Shown piece by piece: positions 1-7,142 of a stretch of DNA of 12,491 nucleotides. The stretch covers positions 1 through 12,491 of the forward strand of contig JBHHXN010000151.1 in assembly GCA_046757025.1 (NCBI GenBank), in the 5' to 3' direction. The stretch comes from a bacterium. Lineage in GTDB: Bacteria; Zhuqueibacterota; Zhuqueibacteria; Oceanimicrobiales; Oceanimicrobiaceae. The notes under the pieces were generated by a model that was given only the letters and a program-made list of their open reading frames with translations, searched no databases and was not told where the DNA came from. Made by a program: the position numbers and the translations under genes. How positions within the stretch are numbered: position 1 is the first letter of the stretch; each line of letters starts with the position of its first letter.

Positions 1-570
1 CGGCGCCGGGCGGTCAGACGCACCACGACGGCCAGGACTGCCGCCAGTGCCACGAGCATGCGGACGGTTTCCAGGCGCAGGTGGACGTGCCAGCGCCGCA
101 CAATCTTTTTGACTGCGCGGTTTGCCACGTGACGCCGGACACGTTTGTGCCGAACGCGGCGATTCCCAACAGCGCCTGCCAGACCTGCCACACCGAGGGC
201 ACTTTGAAGACGCATTTCAGCGAGCATATCGATCCGAGCACGGGCCTGGCGGCCAACCTCAACTGCGTGGAGTGTCACAATCCCATGAGCGTGCAGAGCA
301 ACTTCCGCGGGGTGGAGAACCGCAAGTTTATTCGCAAGTTGATTCGGGGCACGCAGGTGGCATTTGAGTCCACCACCGGTCAGTACAGTTTTGCTTACGA
401 TTTATCGGATCGGCCTGCGGACATGCAGACGGAGAATTATTTGTGCAACACCTGCCACACGCAGACCAACCACCATCAGGCTGACGGCACGGCGCCGGGC
501 GGTCAGACGCACCACGACGGCCAGGACTGCCGCCAGTGCCACGAACACGCAGACGGTTTCCAGGCGCAGG
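1..570 (+). repeat. Intragenic direct repeat with 489-bp (163-aa) offset in the cytochrome gene
   Basis: Bases 1-81 match 490-570 at 78/81. The three differences are synonymous (GAG/GAA, CAT/CAC, GCG/GCA). The 163-aa interval contains 5 CXXCH motifs. The first copy is cut by the window edge. Confidence 0.9.
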
Positions 571-1850
571 CAGATGATTGTTTGAGCTGCCACAACCAAT
601 CACCACCCGCCGGCTCAAACGACCGCAACCGAAGACAAATCGTTGAGGGGACAAAAGGCGACGGCAAAGGCGATTTTGTGAGACGGTCTCACCATGTTAC
701 GAACAACACAAGAAATCAGATTGTCACCAACGAAGACTGTAAAATTTGTCATGATCAGTCCTCCCATACTTCTTTTCAGGATGGTGTTAGCGTGCTGTTG
801 AACGATCTGGATGGCGGGTCCTCCTTTAAATTTAATGGAAGAGCAGCCAGTGCAGAGTCATTCTGTGTAAATTGTCACGATGGGGATAATCGCAAACCCT
901 TCCCGTCTGATAATCATGATCCGCCCAATATCGCTTCTAATTGGAACAGATCCAGCCACAGTAAATCAAGAGCATCGAGCTGCCTGGATTGTCATGCGCA
1001 GGGGCATGGTGCTGCTTTACGAAATATGCTGTCAAATAGGATCGCAGGTGAATCTGTTACGAATATCGAAGAAGGTGTTTGTTTCACATGCCATGATGCA
1101 AATGGCCCGGCGTCCAGCAATATTCAAGCGCAATTTAACCGGTCAACCCGTCACAACATCAGCAATGCTGATCAGTCCGACGGATCGAAAGTCGAGTGTG
1201 CAAATTGTCACAATCCGCACATTGCCAGCTCCGCTAATTTGCTGGTGGACCCGGATGCCGGTGGCGATTCCAAATGGCGGGGTTCCAGTACCGCATTTTG
1301 CCTGACTTGCCACGATGGCAGGGCGCCCTCCGGGGTTTCATTCCCATCTCGCGCCAGGGGGAGCGGATTCGACAAGTCGGACTTCACCGGTTCAACGCAT
1401 GACACGAAACTTGGCAGCGACAGCTGCTTGCAGTGTCATCAGCCACATGGCTCCTCTTTCACTTCTATTTTAAAAGCAAAATACGTCACGCGAGACAACA
1501 ATAAATTTGCATCTGGAGATTACCAGGCCTGCTGGAGCTGTCATTCGGAGGATTATATACTGAATAACAAAAACAACGCTTTTGGAAAATTGCATGAAAA
1601 GCATGTAGAAAAAGAAGACGTTCCTTGTGTCGCCTGCCACGACACACATGGACCGTTTGACCGGGGTGAGCCAGGCTTGATCAACTTCAACTTTGCACTG
1701 CAGCACGGATTTAATCTAAAACTGCTAAATGGCAAAAACCTGAGCACGGCCTTTGAAATCAAGGGCAACAAAGGTAGTTGCTATGTAGATTGCCATGGTA
1801 AAAAGCACAGCCCAAAAACTTACACTCGCTTTGGCGGAGGTGGTGATTGA
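3..1850 (+). CDS. Large multiheme c-type cytochrome, 5'-truncated by the window edge
   Basis: The frame of ORF 81..1850 stays open back to position 3 (APGGQTHHDGQDCRQCHEHADGFQAQ-VDVPAP...), so GTG81 is not the true start. 16 CXXCH motifs are visible (15 in 81..1850 plus CRQCH upstream), with a C-terminal CYVDCH (CX3CH). Several are CXXCHXXH type (CANCHNPH, CLQCHQPH, CVACHDTH). Stop is TGA at 1848-1850. Confidence 0.95.
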   Translation, partial: APGGQTHHDGQDCRQCHEHADGFQAQVDVPAPHNLFDCAVCHVTPDTFVPNAAIPNSACQTCHTEGTLKTHFSEHIDPSTGLAANLNCVECHNPMSVQSNFRGVENRKFIRKLIRGTQVAFESTTGQYSFAYDLSDRPADMQTENYLCNTCHTQTNHHQADGTAPGGQTHHDGQDCRQCHEHADGFQAQADDCLSCHNQSPPAGSNDRNRRQIVEGTKGDGKGDFVRRSHHVTNNTRNQIVTNEDCKICHDQSSHTSFQDGVSVLLNDLDGGSSFKFNGRAASAESFCVNCHDGDNRKPFPSDNHDPPNIASNWNRSSHSKSRASSCLDCHAQGHGAALRNMLSNRIAGESVTNIEEGVCFTCHDANGPASSNIQAQFNRSTRHNISNADQSDGSKVECANCHNPHIASSANLLVDPDAGGDSKWRGSSTAFCLTCHDGRAPSGVSFPSRARGSGFDKSDFTGSTHDTKLGSDSCLQCHQPHGSSFTSILKAKYVTRDNNKFASGDYQACWSCHSEDYILNNKNNAFGKLHEKHVEKEDVPCVACHDTHGPFDRGEPGLINFNFALQHGFNLKLLNGKNLSTAFEIKGNKGSCYVDCHGKKHSPKTYTRFGGGGD

Positions 1851-1901
1851 GTTTGCACCATTGTTCTAAAGACAAAAGGGGCTGTCCCAAATGTCGTGTT
1901 T

Positions 1902-1926
1902 TGTCGCCCTGAGTGAGGTCGAAGGG
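1902..1926. repeat. Degenerate REP-like palindromic unit
   Basis: TGTCGCCCTGAGTGAGGTCGAAGGG resembles the TCACCCTGAGC..GTCGAAGGG unit at 5415-5464 and lies between convergent genes. Confidence 0.55.
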
Positions 1927-2096
1927 TAGCCGATCTCAGGGTATATTTTTTCGGACACAGAAGAAATCAGATGTGAGCAGATTTCAATTGTATGAGTCAT
2001 GAAGAGTTACCATGGACGCCGTCTGTATTTTCTCGTTCTTTACTTTTTTGTGCTGTTTACCCTTAGCCTTCAATTGTCATCCGCGGTCTAAATCAA

Positions 2097-2783
2097 TCAG
2101 AGTGAACGCCGACCATCTTCAACTCTTTTTTTGTCCAAGCAATACGCCACTCCGGCGAAAATGAAATACATTACAAGTGCAGAAACTGACATGGTTATTG
2201 CATCGCCACCAAATGGTGGTCCAAAGATGTTATTTGCATTGATGACCATCATAAGGACAACAAATATTATCATGCCGTATTTGCCGACAAACGTAGTGGC
2301 TTTTGTCGATTTCAGATATATTCGCAATCCTACAAGCAAGAGAATTGTTTCCAGCAAGTATGTGGCTATCGCATTATTCCATAACCCGAATCCAAGTTTG
2401 GCCGAACTATCACTTAACAGCGGCAAATCTGGCGTATGAACAATTAGATCAAAAAACCAATGAGAGAAAACTGCGACTGCCATCACGATTGCCATTTTGT
2501 TTTTATTTTCCGTTTCTTTCGAAGGATTAAACCTGAATGCTATATAAACTCCGGCTGCCCACAAAAAAGAAGCTAAAAGGCTGTGCGTATACGGCATGAA
2601 TTCCAATTCAAAATGAGTAGATTGAGTATAGTTTTCAACGATATTGAAGTGCTCTATTCCCATCAATACAAAAGGAAAGAACAATATATCGACGAACTGC
2701 ACGGCTAAAAACAGCATCCCCAGAGAGGCATTGTTATCTGCTCCCTTTAATGCCAAACTTGCAGCGTAATGTCCAACAAACAT
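2097..2783 (-). CDS. Multi-pass membrane protein, YdjM-like putative metal-dependent hydrolase
   Basis: 228 aa with several hydrophobic segments. Motifs MFVGH, VDIL, YTHS and SHWFFD..VH fit membrane metal-dependent hydrolase families. An AAGGA Shine-Dalgarno lies upstream of ATG 2783. Confidence 0.7.
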   Translation of the reverse strand: MFVGHYAASLALKGADNNASLGMLFLAVQFVDILFFPFVLMGIEHFNIVENYTQSTHFELEFMPYTHSLLASFLWAAGVYIAFRFNPSKETENKNKMAIVMAVAVFSHWFFDLIVHTPDLPLLSDSSAKLGFGLWNNAIATYLLETILLLVGLRIYLKSTKATTFVGKYGMIIFVVLMMVINANNIFGPPFGGDAITMSVSALVMYFIFAGVAYCLDKKRVEDGRRSL

Positions 2784-2998
2784 GATTGTAGTCCTTTATT
2801 AAATGTGAATTATGAAACACCTTGTCTGAATCGGGAGACTCTAATTCCTTTTGTAGATTCGGGTGCAAAAAAATGATTGATGCCGTAAAGCGAAAAGAAT
2901 TTTGATAGTTAAAAACGCCCAAGCTTCCTGCCGAGTCGGTTCCATCCGCTGGTTAGTACGCAGCAGGCGGGAACCCAAAACCCGAAACTCGATACCGT

Positions 2999-4174
2999 TC
3001 AGTGGCGTTGATTGAGGTAGCGCTGAATGCGTGAACCCGCTTCTTCGAGCCGGGCTTCATCGGCACAGATGGAGGCGCGGGCGTAGCGACGTCCTTTTTC
3101 ACCGAAAACCCTGCCGGGGGTTAAAAAGATGCCGGTGGCGTGCAGCAGATCGTCCAGGTAGCTTTCCACACTGGCGATTTCGTCCGGCGCTTTGGCCCAG
3201 ACGAACATGCCCGCGGTTTGGCTCTGGTACTGAAAATTCATCAAATCGAACAAATGCTTTACGAGTTTTTTGCGTTTGGCCAAACGCTGATTGCGAGTCT
3301 GATGCCATTCAGGTGGATTTTTCAAGGCTTGAACCGCAGCCAATTGAATGGGCAGAAACTGGCCCGAGTCCATGTTGCTTTTGACCCGCACGATGGCGTC
3401 AAGATAAGCCGCCTGTCCCATGACCATGCCCACCCGCCATCCGGCCAGGTTGAAGGACTTGCTCAGGGAATTCAATTCGAGACAATTTTCCATGGCGCCG
3501 TCGATCTTGAGAATACTCAGCGGTTTTTGTGGGTTCAGCACCAGGCTGTATGGATTGTCGTGGCATAGAAGGATGCTTCGTTTGCGGGCAAAGTCCACCA
3601 GATTCCGTAAATCCGCTTCAGTCGCGATGACGCCGGTGGGCATGTGCGGGTAATTCAGCCACATGATTTTCACCTGCGACAAATCCATTCTGGATAATTC
3701 GTGCAGGGCTGGCAGCCAGCCGCTTGCTTCCGACAGCGGGTAAAAAATCGGTTTGGCGCCAGCCAGGCGCGCCGTGGCCGCATATCCAGGATAGCCTGGA
3801 TCCGGGACCAGCACCTGGTCGCCTGGATTTAAAAAGGCCTGCGAAATGAAAAAGATGCCTTCTTTGGAGCCCATGAGCGGCAGCACTTCGGCATCGGGAT
3901 CTAAGGCGACACCGTACGTTTGCTGGTACCATTCGGCCAGCGCCTGTCGCAGGGCATCGGTGCCGCGGTAGGGCTGGTAGCCGTGGTTTTGCTCCTGACG
4001 GGCGCTGCGGGTCAGTTCCTCGATGGTGGCCGGGGAAGGGGGTAAGTCGGGATTGCCGATGCCGAGGTTGATGACTTTCATGCCCTGTTGTGCCAGGGCG
4101 CGCACTTCTTTGAGCTTTTGGGAGAAGTAGTATTCTTCTACTTGATTCAGACGGTTAGCGGCCGGGATGATCAT
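2999..4174 (-). CDS. PLP-dependent class I/II aminotransferase (DapL-like), probably the aromatic amino acid aminotransferase partner of PheA
   Basis: 391 aa. Motifs NLGIGNPD, GSKEG, PDPGYP, NYPHMPTG, DNPY and PLP-lysine SLSKSFNLAGWRVG. The start overlaps the pheA 3' end by 20 bp, with an AGGAG SD inside pheA. Confidence 0.93.
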   Translation of the reverse strand: MIIPAANRLNQVEEYYFSQKLKEVRALAQQGMKVINLGIGNPDLPPSPATIEELTRSARQEQNHGYQPYRGTDALRQALAEWYQQTYGVALDPDAEVLPLMGSKEGIFFISQAFLNPGDQVLVPDPGYPGYAATARLAGAKPIFYPLSEASGWLPALHELSRMDLSQVKIMWLNYPHMPTGVIATEADLRNLVDFARKRSILLCHDNPYSLVLNPQKPLSILKIDGAMENCLELNSLSKSFNLAGWRVGMVMGQAAYLDAIVRVKSNMDSGQFLPIQLAAVQALKNPPEWHQTRNQRLAKRKKLVKHLFDLMNFQYQSQTAGMFVWAKAPDEIASVESYLDDLLHATGIFLTPGRVFGEKGRRYARASICADEARLEEAGSRIQRYLNQRH

Positions 4175-5009
4175 ACGGTTTCACTCCTGATTTGTAAAGA
4201 CCTAATATTTTGACCTCTCTGGAAATCTTTTTAATTTGGCGAAGGGCCTGCTGAAATTCGGCTTGCTGTTGCCAGCGCACATCCACGTGGATGGCGTACT
4301 GGTGCGGGCAGTCGGGAATGGGGATGGACTGGATGAGTGTGAGATTCACCTGGTGTTCAGCTAAAATGTTCAGAACCCGGGCCAGAGCGCCCACTTCGTC
4401 GTGAACACGGAAATGGATGGAGGCTTTGTCTGTGCAGCGGTTGTTTGCTTCTGGCTGTGCAGCGAGCACTAAAAATCGCGTGTAGTTTTGCTTTTGATTT
4501 TCGATGTCACGGGCGAGGATTTGTAAATCGTAGAGCTTCGCAGCCTGGCGGCTGGCGATGGCGGCCACGCCCCGTAACTGCCGTTGGCGAATTTCACGGG
4601 CGCTTTCTGCCGTGTCAAAGGCTTCCATGCTTTTGAGCTGCGGGTGCTGTTCGAGAAATTGACTGCACTGCAGCAGGGCCATGGGGTGGGAGCGGACCAA
4701 GTGAATATCGGTGATTGACTGTTCGGGCAGCGCCATGAGATTTTGTTCGATGTGTAAATAGGTTTCGCCTGTGATGTGCAAGGGGTATTCCTGCAGCAGA
4801 GAGTAGTTGGGCAGAATGCTGCCCACCAGGGTATTTTCGATGGCCATGACCGCGTAGTGCACCTGATTGGCCAGCAGTTTTTCACAGAGCTGACGGAAGG
4901 TGGCGCAGGAGTGCAAATTGAATTTGCCAGTGCTAAAATATTTTTGGGCGGCCAGATGGTGGAAAGAGGCGCGCCCACCCTGAACGGCGATTTTTAGTAA
5001 AACTTTCAT
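4155..5009 (-). CDS. pheA: Prephenate dehydratase (monofunctional PDT plus C-terminal ACT domain)
   Basis: 284 aa. N-terminal KIAVQG..SFH, AIENTLVGS, SHPMALLQC, catalytic NYTRF motif and ACT-like GALARVL..VNLTLIQSIP. No chorismate mutase domain. Confidence 0.93.
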   Translation of the reverse strand: MKVLLKIAVQGGRASFHHLAAQKYFSTGKFNLHSCATFRQLCEKLLANQVHYAVMAIENTLVGSILPNYSLLQEYPLHITGETYLHIEQNLMALPEQSITDIHLVRSHPMALLQCSQFLEQHPQLKSMEAFDTAESAREIRQRQLRGVAAIASRQAAKLYDLQILARDIENQKQNYTRFLVLAAQPEANNRCTDKASIHFRVHDEVGALARVLNILAEHQVNLTLIQSIPIPDCPHQYAIHVDVRWQQQAEFQQALRQIKKISREVKILGLYKSGVKPYDHPGR

Positions 5010-5013
5010 CGGT

Positions 5014-5045
5014 AAAAAAAAAGCCCCATTTTTGTTCGGGACTTT
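5014..5045 (-). terminator. Intrinsic terminator directly upstream of the pheA start (probable attenuator)
   Basis: Minus strand reads AAAGTCCC-GAACAAAAAT-GGGGCTTT-TTTTTT-ACCG-ATG: an 8-bp stem with one G-U pair and a U tract ending 4 nt before the ATG. Confidence 0.75.
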
Positions 5046-5077
5046 CCGGGTTGTGCTTTATGTTTGGTGCGTTTTTT

Positions 5078-5146
5078 TCAAGGCCAATCCATGAGTTCCG
5101 GGTGTGGGTTCCAAATGAAAATTGAATAATTAGCTACGTGCTCCAT
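5078..5146 (-). CDS. Putative pheA leader peptide, MEHVANYSIFIWNPHPELMDWP (22 aa)
   Basis: ATG 5146 to TGA 5078, ending about 33 nt before the terminator stem. It contains Tyr, Phe and two Trp codons. There is no clear SD and no tandem Phe run. Confidence 0.4.
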   Translation of the reverse strand: MEHVANYSIFIWNPHPELMDWP

Positions 5147-5191
5147 TTCAGAAATGGTTGTAGGGTTCACACAAGCTAATAGCCGCTTCCA

Positions 5192-5262
5192 ATCTTTACC
5201 CGAAGCGGAATCGAAAGGTGAAGATCATGGTTTCCCGAATTTGATTCGGGACTCACCATGAT
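5192..5262. repeat. Degenerate REP-like unit followed by a strong hairpin
   Basis: 5192-5225 ATCTTTACCCGAAGCGGAATCGAAAGGTGAAGAT is a diverged copy of the REP unit. 5224-5262 is ATCATGGT-T-TCCCGAAT-TTG-ATTCGGGA-CTC-ACCATGAT, two perfect 8-bp stems. Confidence 0.6.
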
Positions 5263-5345
5263 ACCAGGTACCCGACAATTAATTTTGAAATGGCGCATTA
5301 TGCGTAGCGTCATGAAAACACTCATGGGTTGTACAAAATATTAAT

Positions 5346-5573
5346 TAACATTTCTCACTTCGTGACGTGATTCATAAACCAACTGTTAATTAAGAGGTTA
5401 CTGATTGTTCTACTTTCACCCTGAGCCCTTCGACAAGCTCAGGATAAACTGCGTCGAAGGGTGACTAGTTCTGGCTGTAATTCATGCTTCGACTCCGCTC
5501 AGCATGAAGTGAACCTGTCGTATCTAATTATTTAATATGAACATAGTTGCATAACTTAAAGTGAGAAATGTTA
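5346..5573. mobile_element. MITE-like non-autonomous element (228 bp) with perfect terminal inverted repeats
   Basis: TAACATTTCTCACTT (5346-5360) is the exact reverse complement of AAGTGAGAAATGTTA (5559-5573). The outer TA at each end could be a TA target duplication. No ORF of 60 aa or more lies inside. Confidence 0.7.
5415..5508. repeat. Nested REP-like palindrome cluster inside the MITE
   Basis: TTCACCCTGAGC[CCTTCGACAAGCTCAGGATAAAC]TGCGTCGAAGGGTGA (5415-5464) has an inverted unit embedded in it. A second inverted unit, TTCATGCTTCGACTCCGCTCAGCATGAA, follows at 5481-5508. Confidence 0.8.
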
Positions 5574-5587
5574 GATTTTAATTTAAA

Positions 5588-5616
5588 AAGATAGAAAAAG
5601 TATTCTTCAAAGTCAA
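5588..5616 (-). promoter_or_regulatory. Sigma70-type promoter pointing toward pheA
   Basis: Minus strand TTGACT (5616-5611), 17-nt spacer, TATCTT (5593-5588). Confidence 0.55.
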
Positions 5617-5642
5617 CAATAGAAATCGGACAAATGGAATCC

Positions 5643-5665
5643 ATCTGCTGCGGCAGATTTTTTTT
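5643..5665 (+). terminator. Terminator-like hairpin, plus orientation
   Basis: ATCTGC-TGCG-GCAGAT running into an 8-T tract. Confidence 0.5.
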
Positions 5666-5842
5666 AAGTGACCCCGCTTCAGCCAAACCGGCTGTGTTGC
5701 CGGTGTTCCATTTCAGGCATGGATAAACCCGTTCGCTTCCGTTTCATTGGAAATTTGACTTGAGTAAAATACTACCTTGTCGTGAGAATACTCATGTGCT
5801 TTTGAAACTGATCCCGTAGCGGCCTGACGATTGCTTTCAGCG

Positions 5843-6250
5843 CTATTCCATAAACTCGATAATGGCGTCGTTTTTCATAAATCGTTCGTAAACGTCGGTG
5901 TTGAAAAATTCAATGAAAGCGCTGAATTTGGCTTTGCTGTATTCACCCAGGTACAATCCATCCACGCGCAAGGCCATGTCTTTGTCGCCGACGATCACAT
6001 AATTGACGATCAGGGCGCTGTTGTTCAGGCTGTTCACCGAATCCAGGAAATCGTCTCGTTTTTTTTGGGCGTTTTTATTGGTGATAAAATATTTTTGAAT
6101 CAACAGCCCATTTAAATAGGGTCTCAGGATATTGCGGCCATAGCTTGAATGTTCAGCCAGGTACTCTTTGTCATCGTCTTTGTCTTTTGAAATATTGTAT
6201 CCCAAAAATTCCAAATGGGTTAAAAACGGTTCAAATAATTTGTCTGCCAT
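5843..6250 (-). CDS. Hypothetical protein, possibly YbjN/type III chaperone-like fold (135 aa)
   Basis: Start moved from 6265 to ATG 6250 because GGAGG precedes it. Size and pattern (N-terminal helix LEFLGYNI, central 'VNSLN', beta strands, C-terminal amphipathic helix FSAFIEFF) resemble YbjN-like proteins. The fold call is tentative. Confidence 0.7.
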   Translation of the reverse strand: MADKLFEPFLTHLEFLGYNISKDKDDDKEYLAEHSSYGRNILRPYLNGLLIQKYFITNKNAQKKRDDFLDSVNSLNNSALIVNYVIVGDKDMALRVDGLYLGEYSKAKFSAFIEFFNTDVYERFMKNDAIIEFME

Positions 6251-6653
6251 GATTACCCTCCGCACATTTTGTGAGATTTTTGATTAATTCATGCCAATGG
6301 GAAAAAGTGAGCAAATAAAATTCCGAAATCTCAAACGGACTTGTGCTGCCAATGGCCCGGTTCGAGTAATTTACTCCAATTTCAATTAGACATTTCGTGG
6401 TTTTTAGAGGTTATTTCCGCGAAATTAATGCTCCATCATATTTTAAGAAAAGCACGGCAAATTTTTCGGGAGACGCTTATCAGCGAAAAATCGCTGGAAC
6501 TGCTTCGGGGTCGGGAAAAAATGATGGAAAGGGCTGCGTCCCAGGACTGATGCAGTATAAAAAAATCAATTTTGAAATGCAACCAAAAATTGGGAAAAAA
6601 TGATGTTCAAATGCTACCGTCGAGATTTTCAATGCCGTGCTTAATACGGCGAA

Positions 6654-6990
6654 GTTGCAAATGCAAATTGAAAATTTGAAAGTGCAAAAAGCAAAAATAT
6701 TTTGTAACAATTCAGTCGGGGTGGTCATTCTGAGCACCAACTTTGGATTTTTTGCTCATCTCCACTGGTGCGGAAGTGCGAAGAATCTCTTTACCGGTTC
6801 ACAAGATGCTTCGAGCAGGTACTTCCGCCGGGATACTCAGCATTTGAGAGTTTACGCTCAGCATGACGGTTCAGGCCGAAGAGTTAGCGTATTTTTCAGA
6901 AACACGCCCGGACGTTGAATGCCAAAATGGTTGGGAAAAGAAAATCTGAAAAATTCGAAATTTGCATTTTTCACTTTGCATTTTGAATTC
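6654..6990. repeat. Composite palindrome: REP-like long hairpin flanked by inverted AT-rich arrays of about 7-bp period
   Basis: GTCATTCTGAGC (6724-6735) pairs with GCTCAGCATGAC (6856-6867) at 11/12. Inner GCGGAAGT..CGAAGAATCT (6770-6788) pairs with AGATGCTTCG..ACTTCCGC (6804-6828). Flanks AAATGCAAATTGAAAATTTGAAAGTGCAAAAAGCAAAAAT and AAATTTGCATTTTTCACTTTGCATTTTGAATT are imperfect inverted copies. Confidence 0.7.
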
Positions 6991-7113
6991 TTCGAAGGAC
7001 TTTGGTGATTTTTTTCATAAAAAAGCAAAAGTTCACTTGTTCATATAATAAAGAAGACCTTCTGACTGATTCAACAAATGGTAGATGAATCAAAATTGAC
7101 ATTCAAAAAATCC

Positions 7114-7142
7114 TTGCTTCTGTTAGAATTATTTAACATATT
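7114..7142 (+). promoter_or_regulatory. Candidate sigma70 promoter(s) for the 7241-8618 operon
   Basis: Extended -10 TG-T-TAGAAT at 7121-7129. Alternatively TTGCTT (7114)-N17-CATATT (7137). A TTGACA at 7096 is 22 nt from TAGAAT, too far for a canonical pair. Confidence 0.4.

Noticed and set aside
81..83. GTG start of the 589-aa cytochrome ORF
   Set aside because: The frame is open to the window edge and the upstream codons encode a heme-bearing repeat copy.
14..1771. Short alternative-frame and antisense ORFs over the cytochrome gene
   Set aside because: They are shadows of a strongly supported CDS and show no recognisable motifs.
1878..1960. Possible MITE ends GGGGCTGTCCCAAA ... TTTTCGGACAC
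   Set aside because: Only about 7/8 complementarity and no target duplication is visible.
2962..2992. Short heptamer run AACCCAA-AACCCGA-AACTCGA after the aminotransferase stop
   Set aside because: Only three degenerate units, too short to assign a function.
2131..4997. Overlapping ORFs within the hydrolase, aminotransferase and pheA genes (e.g. 3140..3568, 4469..4978)
   Set aside because: They overlap well-supported genes and show no family motifs.
5010..5345. T-box riboswitch upstream of pheA
   Set aside because: No T-box consensus (GGTGGNACCGCG-like) is found before the terminator on the minus strand.
5415..6867. CRISPR array
   Set aside because: The repeats are inverted, degenerate and irregularly spaced, with no constant-length spacers and no cas genes.
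6341..6918. ORFs 6341..6550, 6397..6603, 6480..6740 and 6637..6918
   Set aside because: They overlap each other, run through repeat and palindromic DNA, and lack protein-like features.
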